The notes under the pieces: model-generated
Databases searched by the model: none
The model's input: the letters and a program-made list of their open reading frames with translations, nothing else
What the model was told of the DNA's origin: nothing
Part shown: positions 9,837 to 20,269 of the stretch, piece by piece
Layout: the number at the start of each line of letters is the position of its first letter
Numbering within the stretch: the stretch's first letter is position 1
Origin: Synechococcus sp.
Lineage (GTDB): Bacteria > Cyanobacteriota > Cyanobacteriia > Thermostichales > PCC-7336
Direction: 5' to 3'
NCBI GenBank assembly: GCA_051439605.1
Contig: JBFRWN010000124.1
Location: 32,001-96,000 of the forward strand
DNA length: 64,000 bases
Program-made: the position numbers and the translations under genes

Positions 9837-12800
9837 TCAATCGATTGAGAACTCTCCTGTTGTCTTCGATGTAGGAGAGTCTTTCATCGTCATGGGTAAT
9901 TGAACCGTGAACGTTGTATTGCCTGGGACTGATTGGAACGAGATTGTTCCCCCATGCTTGTCAACAATCTTCTTGACAATATCTAAGCCTAGACCACTTC
10001 CTTCCCCCGGAGGTTTAGTGGTGAAAAAGGGGTTGAAGATTTTTGCTTGCACCTTTTCTGGGATGCCAGTGCCGCTGTCTGTAATCTGCACTTGAATGTA
10101 GGAATTGACCTGGGTAACCCCGACCGTCAACGTTCCTTTGAAATCCATAGCCTGCAGTGCATTGTGGATCAGGTTCGTCCACACCTGACTCAGTTCATCA
10201 AAGTAGCAGGGGATGGAAGGGATATCGTCGTAATTGCGTACTACGGTGACCCCATGCTTGATTTGGCTGTGGTAAAGGGTTAAGACTGCGTCTATCCCCT
10301 CCGTAATTTGGGCTTCGGAGGCATCTTCACGGTGGTCGTAGCGGGCATAGGTTTTGAGGGCAAAGATGATTTTGGCTGCCCGCTCTCCAGCGGTGCCGAT
10401 ATCCCGCGCACTTTCACGCATTCGCGTCCAGTGGCGCACCATTTTCAAAAACGATTCGCTGTCCTCAGCTTTGAAGAGTGGAATAAACGGTTCGTAGTTT
10501 TCGTAAATGTTGAGATCGAGCAACAAATTGGCAATCGTCTCCCCCTTTTCAACCCCTGCCTCTGCCAGCTGGCTGGCCATGCGTTTGCGGGTGCGGCGGC
10601 GCTCTCGTCCCGACAGGACCGTCTTGGGCACCAAAGACTTCTGCAGCAATTGCAGAAACTGTTGCTCCCGCTCGGCGGTAAGGGAGCCAAAAAACTGGGG
10701 TAACTCAGGCAGGGTTTTGTCTAAGAAGCCTGTGATGTACTGTATGGACGAGCGGATGGCCCCCATTGGAGTATTGATTTCATGGGCAATCCCTGCCACC
10801 AACTGACCGAGGGCCGCCATTTTTTCTGATTGAATCAGCCCTTCTTGGGTGCGTTGCAATTCCTCCAAGGTGTTGGATAATTCCTGGGTGCGCTCCTCCA
10901 CCTTCTGCTCTAAGTTGGCGTAAAGGCGGGCTTGGTCGATCGCGATCGCAGCCTGGCCGGACAGCAACTGCAGCACCTCTAAACGGCTGGAGGTAAATGC
11001 CCCCATAGTGAGGTTGTTCTCCAAATACAAAATCCCGCTTAACCGCCGCTGGTTGAGCAGGGGGGCACAGAGTACCGAGCGGGGTTGGTGGGTTTGGATA
11101 TAGGGATCGTTCGAAAAATTCCCCGGTTGCGTAGCATCGCTGAGCACAACGCTCTCTTGGGTGCGCTGTACGTAATTCAGGAGGCTTTGGGGTAGGTAAT
11201 TGGCGCAGGGCAACGATTGCAGGATGGTGTCCCTGCCACTTTCAACATCCCAAGATGCTTCGATTGCAAAGTCCCCCTGCTTCTCTAACAGCAACAACCC
11301 CCGTTGAGCTCCGGCATTTTTAACCAATATTTGAATCAGAGACAGCAGCAGCTTATCTAGAACAATTTCACTGGCAATCGCCTGAGAGGCCTGCAGTACA
11401 GCTGCCAAGTCTAGCGATTGGTCGCCGCCGTGCAGAGTCGATGTTGTAGCGGGGCCATGTAACGTTGTCCGGCCCACTGCCCGACGGGTGGTGCGGGTGG
11501 TGTCGCTGGGCATGGGAGCGGAAATGGAAACCAGTTGCGGATATCGATCTTCCATTTGCTGCACTTTGGCAGCAGCCCCCCATTGAAAATAGGCAAAATA
11601 GGCTTCCCGTAAGTAAACGCGACCAAACTGTTGGCGGTCTCTGCCCAGGTAGCAAATGGCGGCCAGCTCGTTGCCCAGAGCTTCTTCGTTAATAAAACCG
11701 CTGGCTTTGGCCCCCGAAATGGCGCGATCGTACAGCGCGCCAGCTTGCTCCAGTTTTCCGAGCACTCGATGTCGCTCTGCTTCCACCAAATCGTACTTGT
11801 GCCGGTTGTTGCTGGCGGCATGGTGTGCCCAGTGCAGCAACTTCTCCTGATTGCGACCCACTCTGGCAAGCAGCTCTTCGCGATCGCTTCCTGGGCGGAT
11901 ATCACACAAGGCCAGACAGGTGAGGGAGTCGTAGAAATTTAAGGTGACGACTGTTGAGGCTGCAATCATGCCATCGGCACAGGCTTGCGCCAAATCAGAG
12001 CAGTCCTTAGCCGTCTCGTAGTCCTGCAGTAAATAGCACACCATGCATTTGTGGACGTAGAAAAATGCCATAGCCAGCTTGTTTTTGGCGCTGTCGATGA
12101 GCACTTCGCTCTCTTGCAGATGCTGGCCATCGAACTGACTGGGATCGTCCGCTTGTCCCAGTAGGTTTGCGACTGCCTGTTGGTAAATTTTCAAGTAGAG
12201 TAGGCAGGCGGTTTGTTGAAACTCTGCGGTTGTCTGGTTATACTCCTGCATCCGCTCCGACAGGGGAAGTAGCTCTCGTCCGGTCAACAAAGAATGCATT
12301 GCTTCCCAGCAGAGAGAGTAGCTGGCATATTCTAAATCCCCTGTTTCCACCCCCACCTGATACCCGTTGTGCAAGTCCTCAATGGTGTTCGCGAGGGGTT
12401 CGATCCAGTGGCGCACAAAGGCGTTGAATACAAAAATGACGCGGCTTTGGCAATCTTTCGCCCGAAACTTCTCCACCACCTCCTGTGCTAGGCAGCCAAA
12501 CTGATAGCCCGTTTCGATATCCCCCGTAACACCGCACAGGATAATGCCGTAGCAGTCGTAGGCAAAGGCTGATTCGGCCGTGTTGCCGTACTTCAGAGAC
12601 AGTTCGATTTGTTTAAGATCGCTGAGAATAAAGTGGCCAATCGAGGCTTGATATCCAGAGGACAGAAGCTCCGAGAGAATCTGCATGGCAGCAAGCTTGT
12701 CTACCTCGTGCATGGACGGGCGATCGAGCAGGGTATGAATGGCAATGTCCTGCCGCAATTGCTCCACTGCAGCCAGTTCGGTAGCAATATTGGGTTCGGC

Positions 12801-15416
12801 GGGTTCAGATAGGTTGATACCGAGTCGGGACAAGATATTCAGGCCGATGCCAATGGCATCTAAGTGCAAGTTGTGAGCAATTTCTGCCAGAATTTTTACC
12901 CGTGCGACATTGACGCAATGGAGCACTAACTGAGTTTTGTTTTCCACAACCTCCGCCAAGTTCTTGAGTCGATCGAACTGCTGGTTGAGATAGGCCACCT
13001 CCACTGCTTCGTCGTGTAAGGCGAGGGTCAGATCGTAATCATCCGTCCATCCCTCCTCTCCCATCAGCTCCAGACCCGTGCCCAGATAGCGGGCAGCTGC
13101 CTGGTATGCGGTAGCGGCCTTAGCTTTCCTGCCTCCCCTCAGGTTCAGTTCCGCCAGTTGAATGCGTTGTTCGGGGTTGGGATTGTCTGGGTTTGCGATG
13201 ATATTAATAGCTTGGTTGAGGTGATCGACAACCTCAAAGAGCCGGCCAGAAAGGGTTTTGGCGGGCATGCTATTCAGCAACAGACGCCCGATGTTGAGAT
13301 GAAACCCCGGTCTACTTTCCCGATCGATGGTGGCATAAGCTGCCTGCTGAATGCGATCGTGTTCGAAGCGAAAGTTGTCGATCGCCAAGTCTGGATTCAG
13401 CTCCGAGAGGGCAACCAGCAGCCCTTGCTGTACCCCAACTGTCAAGTCATGGAACACCTCGGCAGGCGATCGTTGGCACACGATGGCTAATGTGTTGAGG
13501 TCGAACTGGGCTCCCACGCAGGCAGCTTGTTGCAGCACCTGTTGGGTAGAAGTGGGTAATTTGGATAAGCGATTGATGAGCAGATCGACAACGTTGTCGG
13601 TCAGCTCTTTTGCTTGTATGTGTTCAATGTCCCACTCCCACCGCCGCGTGTCCGTGCTGTAATGCAGCAGTCCATCGGCGTGCAGGCTTTTGAGAAATTC
13701 GTTGACAAAGAAGGGATTGCCCTCGGTTTTTTGGCGCACTAACTGGGCTAGTGGCAGAACTTCATCCACACTGCGCCCCACTGTATCGGCAATTAACTGA
13801 CACAGATGTAGTTGAGAGAGTGGCTTGAGAAAGATGGTATTAATGGGCACCTCAGCCTCGTCAAGGCGGTTGAGTAGCGCCATAAAAGGGTGGGTGGGTC
13901 CCACCTCGTTATCTCGGTAGGCTCCTATGACTAGGAAATAATGTAGTTGCCGATCGCGCATGGTGCGCTCTAACAGTCGCAGGCTGGCAGAATCCGCCCA
14001 TTGCAAATCGTCTAAGAACAGTACGAGGGGATGCTCGGCGTTGCAAAATACCCGAATAAAGTTCTGAAAGACTAGGTTAAATCGGTTTTGGGCTTCGGTT
14101 GGCCCTAACTCTGGCACGGGGGGCTGTTCCCCCACAATCAACTCAATCTCGGGGATCACCCCTGACACCACACCTCCATTGGGACCAAGAGCTTCAGAAA
14201 GGCGATCGCGCCACAGTTCTAATTGTTCTTCGCTTTCTGTTAGCAGTTGCTTAACTAGATCCTTGAAGGCGTCAATTACCGCAGAGTAGGGAACGTCCCG
14301 TTGATATTGGTCGTATTTGCCAGCAATAAAATATCCTCGTCGCTCTGTAATGGGTTTGTGGATTTCTGCCACCAACGAGGACTTGCCCACGCCGGAATAT
14401 CCCGCCACTAGCATGAGTTCGCTGCCGCACTCCTCCCCGTGATTGACCCGTTCAAATGCCTGTAGGAGGGACACCAGTTCCCCGTCTCTGCCGTACAGTC
14501 GTTGGGGAATGCGGAAACGGTCCGAGAGGTCTTGAAGTCCCAATGGGAAGTCTTGAATGACTCCATGGTCTTGCAGGGATTGCCAGCACCGTTCTAGATC
14601 CGCCTGGAGGCCAAAGGCGCTCTGGTAGCGATCTTCTGCGGTTTTGGCCATCAGTTTGAGGACAATGCGGGAGATGGTGATGGGAATCTGGGGATCGATC
14701 TCGTGGGGGGGAACGGGTTGGTGGGCAATGTGGCAGTGCACCAGCTCTAATGGATCGCTGGCAGGGAAGGGGAGTTTGCCCGTCAGCAGTTCGTAAAAGG
14801 TGACCCCGAGGGAATAAAAATCAGTGCGGTAGTCGAGGGAGCGGTTCATGCGCCCCGTTTGTTCGGGGGAAATGTAGGCCAGGGTTCCCTCCAGCACGCG
14901 CGGGTTTTTGAGGGTGGGGTTTTCCCGACTGAGCTGGGTGGAGATGCCAAAATCGATTAGCTTGATGTGACCCGTGGTCGGGTTGTACAGCACGTTGCTG
15001 GGATTAATGTCCTTGTGAATAATGTTGCGGAAGTGCACCTGTCCTAGCACTCCCGCTATCTCAATTGACAGGGCTAAAAACCGTCGTATGGGGGTGGCTT
15101 TGCCCAGATAGAGATCTTTTAGCGATCGGCCATCGATATCCTCCAACAGCATCGCAAACGTGCGTTGGTAGGGCTCTAAACTGTATACGTCAATGACTCC
15201 ATCGACATCCGACAGGCTTCTCGTAATTTCGTATTCCTGGCGATAGCGGGTCAGTTCTGCTGCGCTGGGATAGTCTTCCTTGAGAATTTTGACAATTAGA
15301 GATTGATGGGAGGGGGGAGGGACGGTACTGCTCTCCCTCTGGGCGCGAAAGACCATGGAGTTGGCGCTGTCGTAAATTTGTTCGCTTAGATGACAATCAG
15401 CAATGGTTCCAATCAT
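9837..15416 (-). CDS. Ser/Thr kinase-AAA ATPase-GAF-histidine kinase (HstK-type hybrid)
   Basis: HKDINPSN, DFG, YISPEQTGRMN, Walker A GYSGVGKS, LFLDDLQWAD, GAF YLENN, AHEINTP H-box, NALQA, DSGTGI, GSGLGL. Confidence 0.95.
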   Translation of the reverse strand: MIGTIADCHLSEQIYDSANSMVFRAQRESSTVPPPSHQSLIVKILKEDYPSAAELTRYRQEYEITRSLSDVDGVIDVYSLEPYQRTFAMLLEDIDGRSLKDLYLGKATPIRRFLALSIEIAGVLGQVHFRNIIHKDINPSNVLYNPTTGHIKLIDFGISTQLSRENPTLKNPRVLEGTLAYISPEQTGRMNRSLDYRTDFYSLGVTFYELLTGKLPFPASDPLELVHCHIAHQPVPPHEIDPQIPITISRIVLKLMAKTAEDRYQSAFGLQADLERCWQSLQDHGVIQDFPLGLQDLSDRFRIPQRLYGRDGELVSLLQAFERVNHGEECGSELMLVAGYSGVGKSSLVAEIHKPITERRGYFIAGKYDQYQRDVPYSAVIDAFKDLVKQLLTESEEQLELWRDRLSEALGPNGGVVSGVIPEIELIVGEQPPVPELGPTEAQNRFNLVFQNFIRVFCNAEHPLVLFLDDLQWADSASLRLLERTMRDRQLHYFLVIGAYRDNEVGPTHPFMALLNRLDEAEVPINTIFLKPLSQLHLCQLIADTVGRSVDEVLPLAQLVRQKTEGNPFFVNEFLKSLHADGLLHYSTDTRRWEWDIEHIQAKELTDNVVDLLINRLSKLPTSTQQVLQQAACVGAQFDLNTLAIVCQRSPAEVFHDLTVGVQQGLLVALSELNPDLAIDNFRFEHDRIQQAAYATIDRESRPGFHLNIGRLLLNSMPAKTLSGRLFEVVDHLNQAINIIANPDNPNPEQRIQLAELNLRGGRKAKAATAYQAAARYLGTGLELMGEEGWTDDYDLTLALHDEAVEVAYLNQQFDRLKNLAEVVENKTQLVLHCVNVARVKILAEIAHNLHLDAIGIGLNILSRLGINLSEPAEPNIATELAAVEQLRQDIAIHTLLDRPSMHEVDKLAAMQILSELLSSGYQASIGHFILSDLKQIELSLKYGNTAESAFAYDCYGIILCGVTGDIETGYQFGCLAQEVVEKFRAKDCQSRVIFVFNAFVRHWIEPLANTIEDLHNGYQVGVETGDLEYASYSLCWEAMHSLLTGRELLPLSERMQEYNQTTAEFQQTACLLYLKIYQQAVANLLGQADDPSQFDGQHLQESEVLIDSAKNKLAMAFFYVHKCMVCYLLQDYETAKDCSDLAQACADGMIAASTVVTLNFYDSLTCLALCDIRPGSDREELLARVGRNQEKLLHWAHHAASNNRHKYDLVEAERHRVLGKLEQAGALYDRAISGAKASGFINEEALGNELAAICYLGRDRQQFGRVYLREAYFAYFQWGAAAKVQQMEDRYPQLVSISAPMPSDTTRTTRRAVGRTTLHGPATTSTLHGGDQSLDLAAVLQASQAIASEIVLDKLLLSLIQILVKNAGAQRGLLLLEKQGDFAIEASWDVESGRDTILQSLPCANYLPQSLLNYVQRTQESVVLSDATQPGNFSNDPYIQTHQPRSVLCAPLLNQRRLSGILYLENNLTMGAFTSSRLEVLQLLSGQAAIAIDQARLYANLEQKVEERTQELSNTLEELQRTQEGLIQSEKMAALGQLVAGIAHEINTPMGAIRSSIQYITGFLDKTLPELPQFFGSLTAEREQQFLQLLQKSLVPKTVLSGRERRRTRKRMASQLAEAGVEKGETIANLLLDLNIYENYEPFIPLFKAEDSESFLKMVRHWTRMRESARDIGTAGERAAKIIFALKTYARYDHREDASEAQITEGIDAVLTLYHSQIKHGVTVVRNYDDIPSIPCYFDELSQVWTNLIHNALQAMDFKGTLTVGVTQVNSYIQVQITDSGTGIPEKVQAKIFNPFFTTKPPGEGSGLGLDIVKKIVDKHGGTISFQSVPGNTTFTVQLPMTMKDSPTSKTTGEFSID

Positions 15417-15504
15417 GGGGGCTTTCTGGAGGGGAGAGTAAGTCTGAATGGAGGAACTAGGTATACATCTACTTAGGCATCCATATCTTGGGCCATCATC
15501 CAGC

Positions 15505-15909
15505 TCATTGCGTGGCAGCGGCCATCAATTCATTGACGCGATCCACCATCGCCTGCTGATCCACCACGGGTTTTGCAATGTATCCCTGTGCGCCACTGTC
15601 ACGCAAGAAATTTTCGCGATCGCCGCGCATGGCATGGGCGGTGACTAAGATAACGGGGATTTTTTGGGATACCGGATGCTGTTTAAGGAGTTGGGTAATG
15701 CGGATACCATCCACTGCCTCTCCGTGGTAGGAACTTTGCGAGAGAGAGACATCCATTAAGACAGCAGCAATGTCACCACTCGCTACCAGCTGCAAAATCT
15801 CCTCAACATCTTGACTGAGTTTTACTTCGAAGCCTCCACGCTTTTTCAAAATGGTGGCAAACACCCGAGCGTTCAGAGGATCGTCCTCAACTAGTAAAAC
15901 TGTAGCCAT
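15505..15909 (-). CDS. Single-domain response regulator (CheY/DivK-like)
   Basis: LLVEDD, LMDVSL, VTAHAMxGD, YIAKP; likely ATG at 15909. Confidence 0.9.
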   Translation of the reverse strand: MATVLLVEDDPLNARVFATILKKRGGFEVKLSQDVEEILQLVASGDIAAVLMDVSLSQSSYHGEAVDGIRITQLLKQHPVSQKIPVILVTAHAMRGDRENFLRDSGAQGYIAKPVVDQQAMVDRVNELMAAATQ

Positions 15910-16131
15910 TCGAGGCAAACCTACTTGTTTATTTGCTTTTAGATTACCCGCACCCCGATGGGGGCTCAACAGGGTGTTTGAGCCTCATGATTGGTTATAC
16001 GAGACTCCCCATCCGCTGGTTTCGAGCATTGAGGGGGCTTTTACTGGGTTTGGGGAGATTGGCAGCACTCTCCAGCCGTTGGGATTCCCAGTTGGCATTA
16101 GACTGATGGGTGCACCATTGCTGCGAACATC

Positions 16132-16689
16132 ATGAACTTGGATCCCTCACTGTTTGCCACTGCCGCCCGCTATTGCCTTATTTTTGCTGGACTGCTGGGA
16201 TTCTTCACAATTGTTTTATGGGTGCGGCAGGTTAAGTGGAGATTTGCTTTCTTCGGATACACCGCGTTTACGTTGGTGTTGGCGGCTGGTTTGGGTGCAT
16301 TAAGCTTGGCCCCCATCGTCAGGACTCCTGTCCCAGGAGCAATGGCCTTCTCCACAGTCTTTGATAACAATTCCGAGCGAGCGGCGATTGCCGTATCGCC
16401 AGATATTACCCCCGAACAGTTAGAGCCTACCCTTCGCCAAGCAGCTGCGAACCTCTACTCCTACGGTCGCTTTTCCTCCACCACGAACATTCTGACCATC
16501 CGCGCACGGACGATCGTCCATCCTGAAGAGGGGATTTCCCTGCCCATTTATCTCGGACAAGTGCAACGCTCCATGGTGCAGCGGGACGATGTTGGTATGA
16601 AAGTAGATATCTACGCCGATGGGTTTGCGAAACTGCGCCGCTACGTTCCTGCTGCGGTTAGACCAGACGCAGAAGATGTCAATGCCTAG
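16132..16689 (+). CDS. ycf51: Ycf51 (DUF2518) family protein
   Basis: Two N-terminal TMs, W/F-RF motif, LEPTLRQAAANLYSYGR, IRARTIVHP. Confidence 0.85.
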   Translation: MNLDPSLFATAARYCLIFAGLLGFFTIVLWVRQVKWRFAFFGYTAFTLVLAAGLGALSLAPIVRTPVPGAMAFSTVFDNNSERAAIAVSPDITPEQLEPTLRQAAANLYSYGRFSSTTNILTIRARTIVHPEEGISLPIYLGQVQRSMVQRDDVGMKVDIYADGFAKLRRYVPAAVRPDAEDVNA

Positions 16690-16856
16690 AAAACTGCTGA
16701 CAGATTGGATAACACACTAGTTTTTTCGCTTGAGCTCTAGCGAATGGGTTTTCAGTCTTTGTTACGGTGCAGAAGGCGACAAAATCTGTAAAAGTGATGT
16801 AATGCTGCCCTCTACTCATGCATGGGTGACATAATTGATGCCACGCACGGCTAGGG

Positions 16857-18005
16857 GTGAGTCTGCTGGATAGTCAAACTGCGCGAGCGGTGATGAACTA
16901 CTACCAAGTTCTCGATGTTCCTCCAGATGCAACGCCGGAGGATATCAAACAAGCGTACCGTCGGTTGGTTCGCAAGCATCATCCTGACGTGGCTGGCGAG
17001 GTTGATCGCGATCTTTTTCATCAAATTCAGACGGCCTACGAAACCCTGAGCGATTCAGGGGAGCGGCGCAAGTACGACCTCTCGGTGGGGTGGGGCAGAT
17101 CCCCGCGCACAGCGATCCCCTATCGACCTGACCGTACCAAGACTTCTAGTTCTAAGGCTTCTAATTCAAACACTACGAATCAGGCAGCCCATCAACCGAA
17201 ACCTGCCCAGTCTGCGTCTGCGCGATCGGGAGCGTCCAAGCCAACATCTTCCCAGTCTTCGAAAACTCAACCCGGTTCCAATCAGACCAGTTCTTCCAGT
17301 ACTCGCTCTTCGGGGTTTAAGTCAGCGAAATCAGGCGCAACCACTCGTGCAGCGACCTCTATGCAGCCAGAACAACCGCCCTACCGTCCAGCGGGGTCTG
17401 CATCGGCTGCGTCCGAGGTAAATCCCCCCGGTTCTTTCAGTCGAGAGGCTACCAATCAGGACAGCAAAAAAGGGAGAACCACATACCGAGATAATGGATA
17501 TCGGCCTCCAGGCTACAGCCCGGACGGAGTGGCGCGGCACAGCACAGCCCATGGCAATAGCAGAAATGGTTCAGCCTCTTCTCATCAGGCGAAGAGTGCC
17601 GCTGCTGGCAACAGCAATAACTCTGCGAAGACCAACGGTGCCCCAAACAAACACCGCAACCCCTATTCCCCTCCTCCTCGCCCCGAGCCACAGGTGCAAA
17701 CCTTTAATCAGGGTTTAAAGTCCCTCAAAGAGGCGCTGCGTAAGAATCGATATTCGGAGGCTACCGAAATCGCCGATCGCCTAGTGGCCAACTACCCAAA
17801 ACAACCACTGGCCCTGCGGATGTTTGTGAAAGCCTATCACCTGCGCGGGAATGAAATGCTGTATTACAAGCGCTACGAGTTGGCGGAGATTTATCTTTAC
17901 GAGGCATTAAAAACCGCCCATTTCCATTATCCAGAACTGGTTAGCACCATTCAGGATGACCTGGAGCGCATGGAAATTAACCGACGGGAATTGGACTTAA
18001 TTTAG
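16857..18005 (+). CDS. DnaJ-domain protein with Ser-rich linker and C-terminal TPR-like region
   Basis: NYYQVLDV, IKQAYRRL, HPD, AYETLSD. Confidence 0.88.
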   Translation: MSLLDSQTARAVMNYYQVLDVPPDATPEDIKQAYRRLVRKHHPDVAGEVDRDLFHQIQTAYETLSDSGERRKYDLSVGWGRSPRTAIPYRPDRTKTSSSKASNSNTTNQAAHQPKPAQSASARSGASKPTSSQSSKTQPGSNQTSSSSTRSSGFKSAKSGATTRAATSMQPEQPPYRPAGSASAASEVNPPGSFSREATNQDSKKGRTTYRDNGYRPPGYSPDGVARHSTAHGNSRNGSASSHQAKSAAAGNSNNSAKTNGAPNKHRNPYSPPPRPEPQVQTFNQGLKSLKEALRKNRYSEATEIADRLVANYPKQPLALRMFVKAYHLRGNEMLYYKRYELAEIYLYEALKTAHFHYPELVSTIQDDLERMEINRRELDLI

Positions 18006-18072
18006 ACCCGGTGTCTTGAGCCCAGAATCCGTAAGGGTGCCCCGTGCCTTTCTTGACGACCCGAGAGAGGGG

Positions 18073-18549
18073 CTAGGGGAGAGGGGCATCGAACTCAGGT
18101 TTCTCCCGGTGGTGTTCAACCAAGGGCGTCTGTCCCACCAGAAGCTCACCCACAGGCTTTCCCCCTAAAATGTGCTCCTGTAGAATCCGTTCGATCGCCT
18201 CTGGCGTCGCCGAACGATACCAAAATCCCCCCGGATACACCATCAAAACCGGGCCAGGAATGTTGTAGTCGCATCCCCGCAGGCAATTGGCTTTAGTGCG
18301 ATGCACCTGCAGTGGCCCGCGATCGAGCTGCAGCTCTCTAATGCGCTTTTTGAGATAGTTCCACGCCTCTAACCCAACGGGTTTAGAACAGCACTTGGGC
18401 TTAGTTTGATCGGCACAGAGTAAGAGGTGCCAGCCGTAAGGGGGTAAGTCCAACCGATCTGTCGATGGGTTGACTGTGGGGATGGGTTCACCGGAGGAGG
18501 TGTTTGCGGCAGGAGCCTTTTCAGGAGGAGGTGAATGACTATCGGACAT
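18073..18549 (-). CDS. Thioredoxin-like [2Fe-2S] ferredoxin
   Basis: HLLLCADQTKPKCC, RTKANCLRGC, GPVLMVYPGGFWY, ERILQEHILGG; ATG at 18549. Confidence 0.9.
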   Translation of the reverse strand: MSDSHSPPPEKAPAANTSSGEPIPTVNPSTDRLDLPPYGWHLLLCADQTKPKCCSKPVGLEAWNYLKKRIRELQLDRGPLQVHRTKANCLRGCDYNIPGPVLMVYPGGFWYRSATPEAIERILQEHILGGKPVGELLVGQTPLVEHHREKPEFDAPLP

Positions 18550-18669
18550 AGGGAGACAGATTAGGAGAAGGGTGCAAGATTTTCCGTTCGCCAAGTGATT
18601 GCTTAAACAAAATGGCGATCCTGACAAGACGGTCAGTCTTACCAGACTTTGATACTCAAAGATTGTCAT

Positions 18670-19014
18670 ACTCAGGCAGCTTTCGGAATCTTCGGCCGCG
18701 TCAGCGATCCAGTTGAGACCGTTGGCGTTGTTATAAACTGCATCTACAAATTGACGGGCTTTAGGGGGAACGTCGATGGCGTAGGTAATGAACCGCAACG
18801 CGACAGGGGTATACAAGATGTCTGCCACAGACAGCTGGCCAAATAGCCAAGGTCCTTCTCCCCCATATAGTTCGCGACATTCCGCCCACATCTGTAATAT
18901 GCGCTGTATTTCCCGCTGTGTTTTTGGGGCATAGCTGTCCATAGAACGGGGATTGTGGGCACGCAGATTTTGGGGCAGTTCCCGACGTACAAGAGGACTA
19001 GTTACGATTGCCAA
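18670..19014 (-). pseudogene. Glutathione S-transferase C-terminal fragment
   Basis: RELPQNLRA, EIQRILQMW, GPWLFGQLSVADILYTPVALRF; no N-terminal thioredoxin-fold domain; boundaries approximate. Confidence 0.7.
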
Positions 19015-19072
19015 TCACCAGTTGGATTGCATATTGAGATCCCAAAGTCCTGAATAGCGATCGCCATCTCAG

Positions 19073-20269
19073 TTAGCCATCTGAACTCTGAGCATCTGTG
19101 AAGGTGTCTTCTTTCCTGCTAATATCTTCGTCCTGTTCTCCATCCCTAGTGGCCCTCGTCACCAGATTAGGTCGATCTGGATTGTTCAGCTGCATACTTT
19201 CACCCCGTAATGAGTTGTCCACTTCGCTAAGGGTGAAGCCTTTACTGTGCCAGCGATCGAAGATGTCAATCACGACCACTTCTTTGATCCACACCTGTAA
19301 AACTGCGGCCAGCGGTAAAGCCAGAAATAATCCTAAGAATCCAAAGAAACTCGCGAAAAAAACCTGGGCTATGAGAATGAAACCCGGTAAAAGGGGTACT
19401 TGTCTCGACATAACCACTGGCGTTAAAACAGCACTCTCGACATTTTGCAAAATCACGTACAGAATCAGTACCCCCACCGCTTTAATGGGAGCATCGGCAA
19501 TGGCAACCACTAGTGGGGGTAAGACGCTCAGTGTGGGACCAATATTGGGGATGAAGTTAAGCACCCCAGCGATCGCCGCATGGGCTAATACCAGCGGTAC
19601 GCCAATCAACCAGAGCCCCAATGCACTTAAGCTGGCGATAAAGATAGAGTTGATGACAACACCTACGCTCCAGCCCCGCAAAGCGCGATCGCACAAATGC
19701 AGAATGTAACGAATTCTTTGTCGATAAAACGCCGGAAAAATCCTCACAAAAGCATTAATGTAGGATTGCGGTTCCAGCAACAACAGAATCGTCAAAATCA
19801 GCACCAAAAATATGCCGATTGAAATATTAATCGCACTGCCGAGGGACTTGTTTAAAAAAAGTAACGATTGACTGACAAAATCTGTAGTTTTAGGGGCAAG
19901 GGTATTGAACAAGTCGTTGAGGCTGGGGAGTTCGATGTCGGTGGGGAGCCGGTCTAGGAGGCTATTGGCCAACGCTTCTAACGTTCTAAGTGCCTTTGGG
20001 ACTAGAGAAATCAACTGAGTGATTTGCTCAATTAAGGGTGGGAAGACTAGCAACCCTAATGTCCCCAGGAAGAATATCACCGTTAGAAAGGCGATCGCCA
20101 ATGATGGGCCGCGTTTCCAGCCATAGCGCTGTGGAACCCTAGCCAGGGTGTCGATGGCGACGGACAGCACAATCCCGGTAAATAACACCAACAGCAACTG
20201 CCGCACCTGCCAAAGCAAATAAAGCAGGGTGCAGAGGGCTATGAGGCCTGCCCATTGAGCGATGTTCAT
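19073..20269 (-). CDS. AI-2E family transporter
   Basis: Multiple TMs, LNFIPNIGP, QNVES, GFLGLFLALPL. Confidence 0.92.
   Translation of the reverse strand: MNIAQWAGLIALCTLLYLLWQVRQLLLVLFTGIVLSVAIDTLARVPQRYGWKRGPSLAIAFLTVIFFLGTLGLLVFPPLIEQITQLISLVPKALRTLEALANSLLDRLPTDIELPSLNDLFNTLAPKTTDFVSQSLLFLNKSLGSAINISIGIFLVLILTILLLLEPQSYINAFVRIFPAFYRQRIRYILHLCDRALRGWSVGVVINSIFIASLSALGLWLIGVPLVLAHAAIAGVLNFIPNIGPTLSVLPPLVVAIADAPIKAVGVLILYVILQNVESAVLTPVVMSRQVPLLPGFILIAQVFFASFFGFLGLFLALPLAAVLQVWIKEVVVIDIFDRWHSKGFTLSEVDNSLRGESMQLNNPDRPNLVTRATRDGEQDEDISRKEDTFTDAQSSDG

Noticed and set aside
14980..15030. HKDINPSN instead of HRDxKPxN as a sign of a dead kinase
   Set aside because: Common variant in cyanobacterial kinase-AAA-His kinase hybrids
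17100..17700. Ser/Ala/Asn-rich stretch in the DnaJ protein as a repeat system
   Set aside because: Low-complexity linker with no nucleotide periodicity
19098..19709. Long antisense ORFs (e.g. 203 aa here, 1781-2338, 24247-24771)
   Set aside because: Shadow frames of well-supported genes with no recognisable motifs
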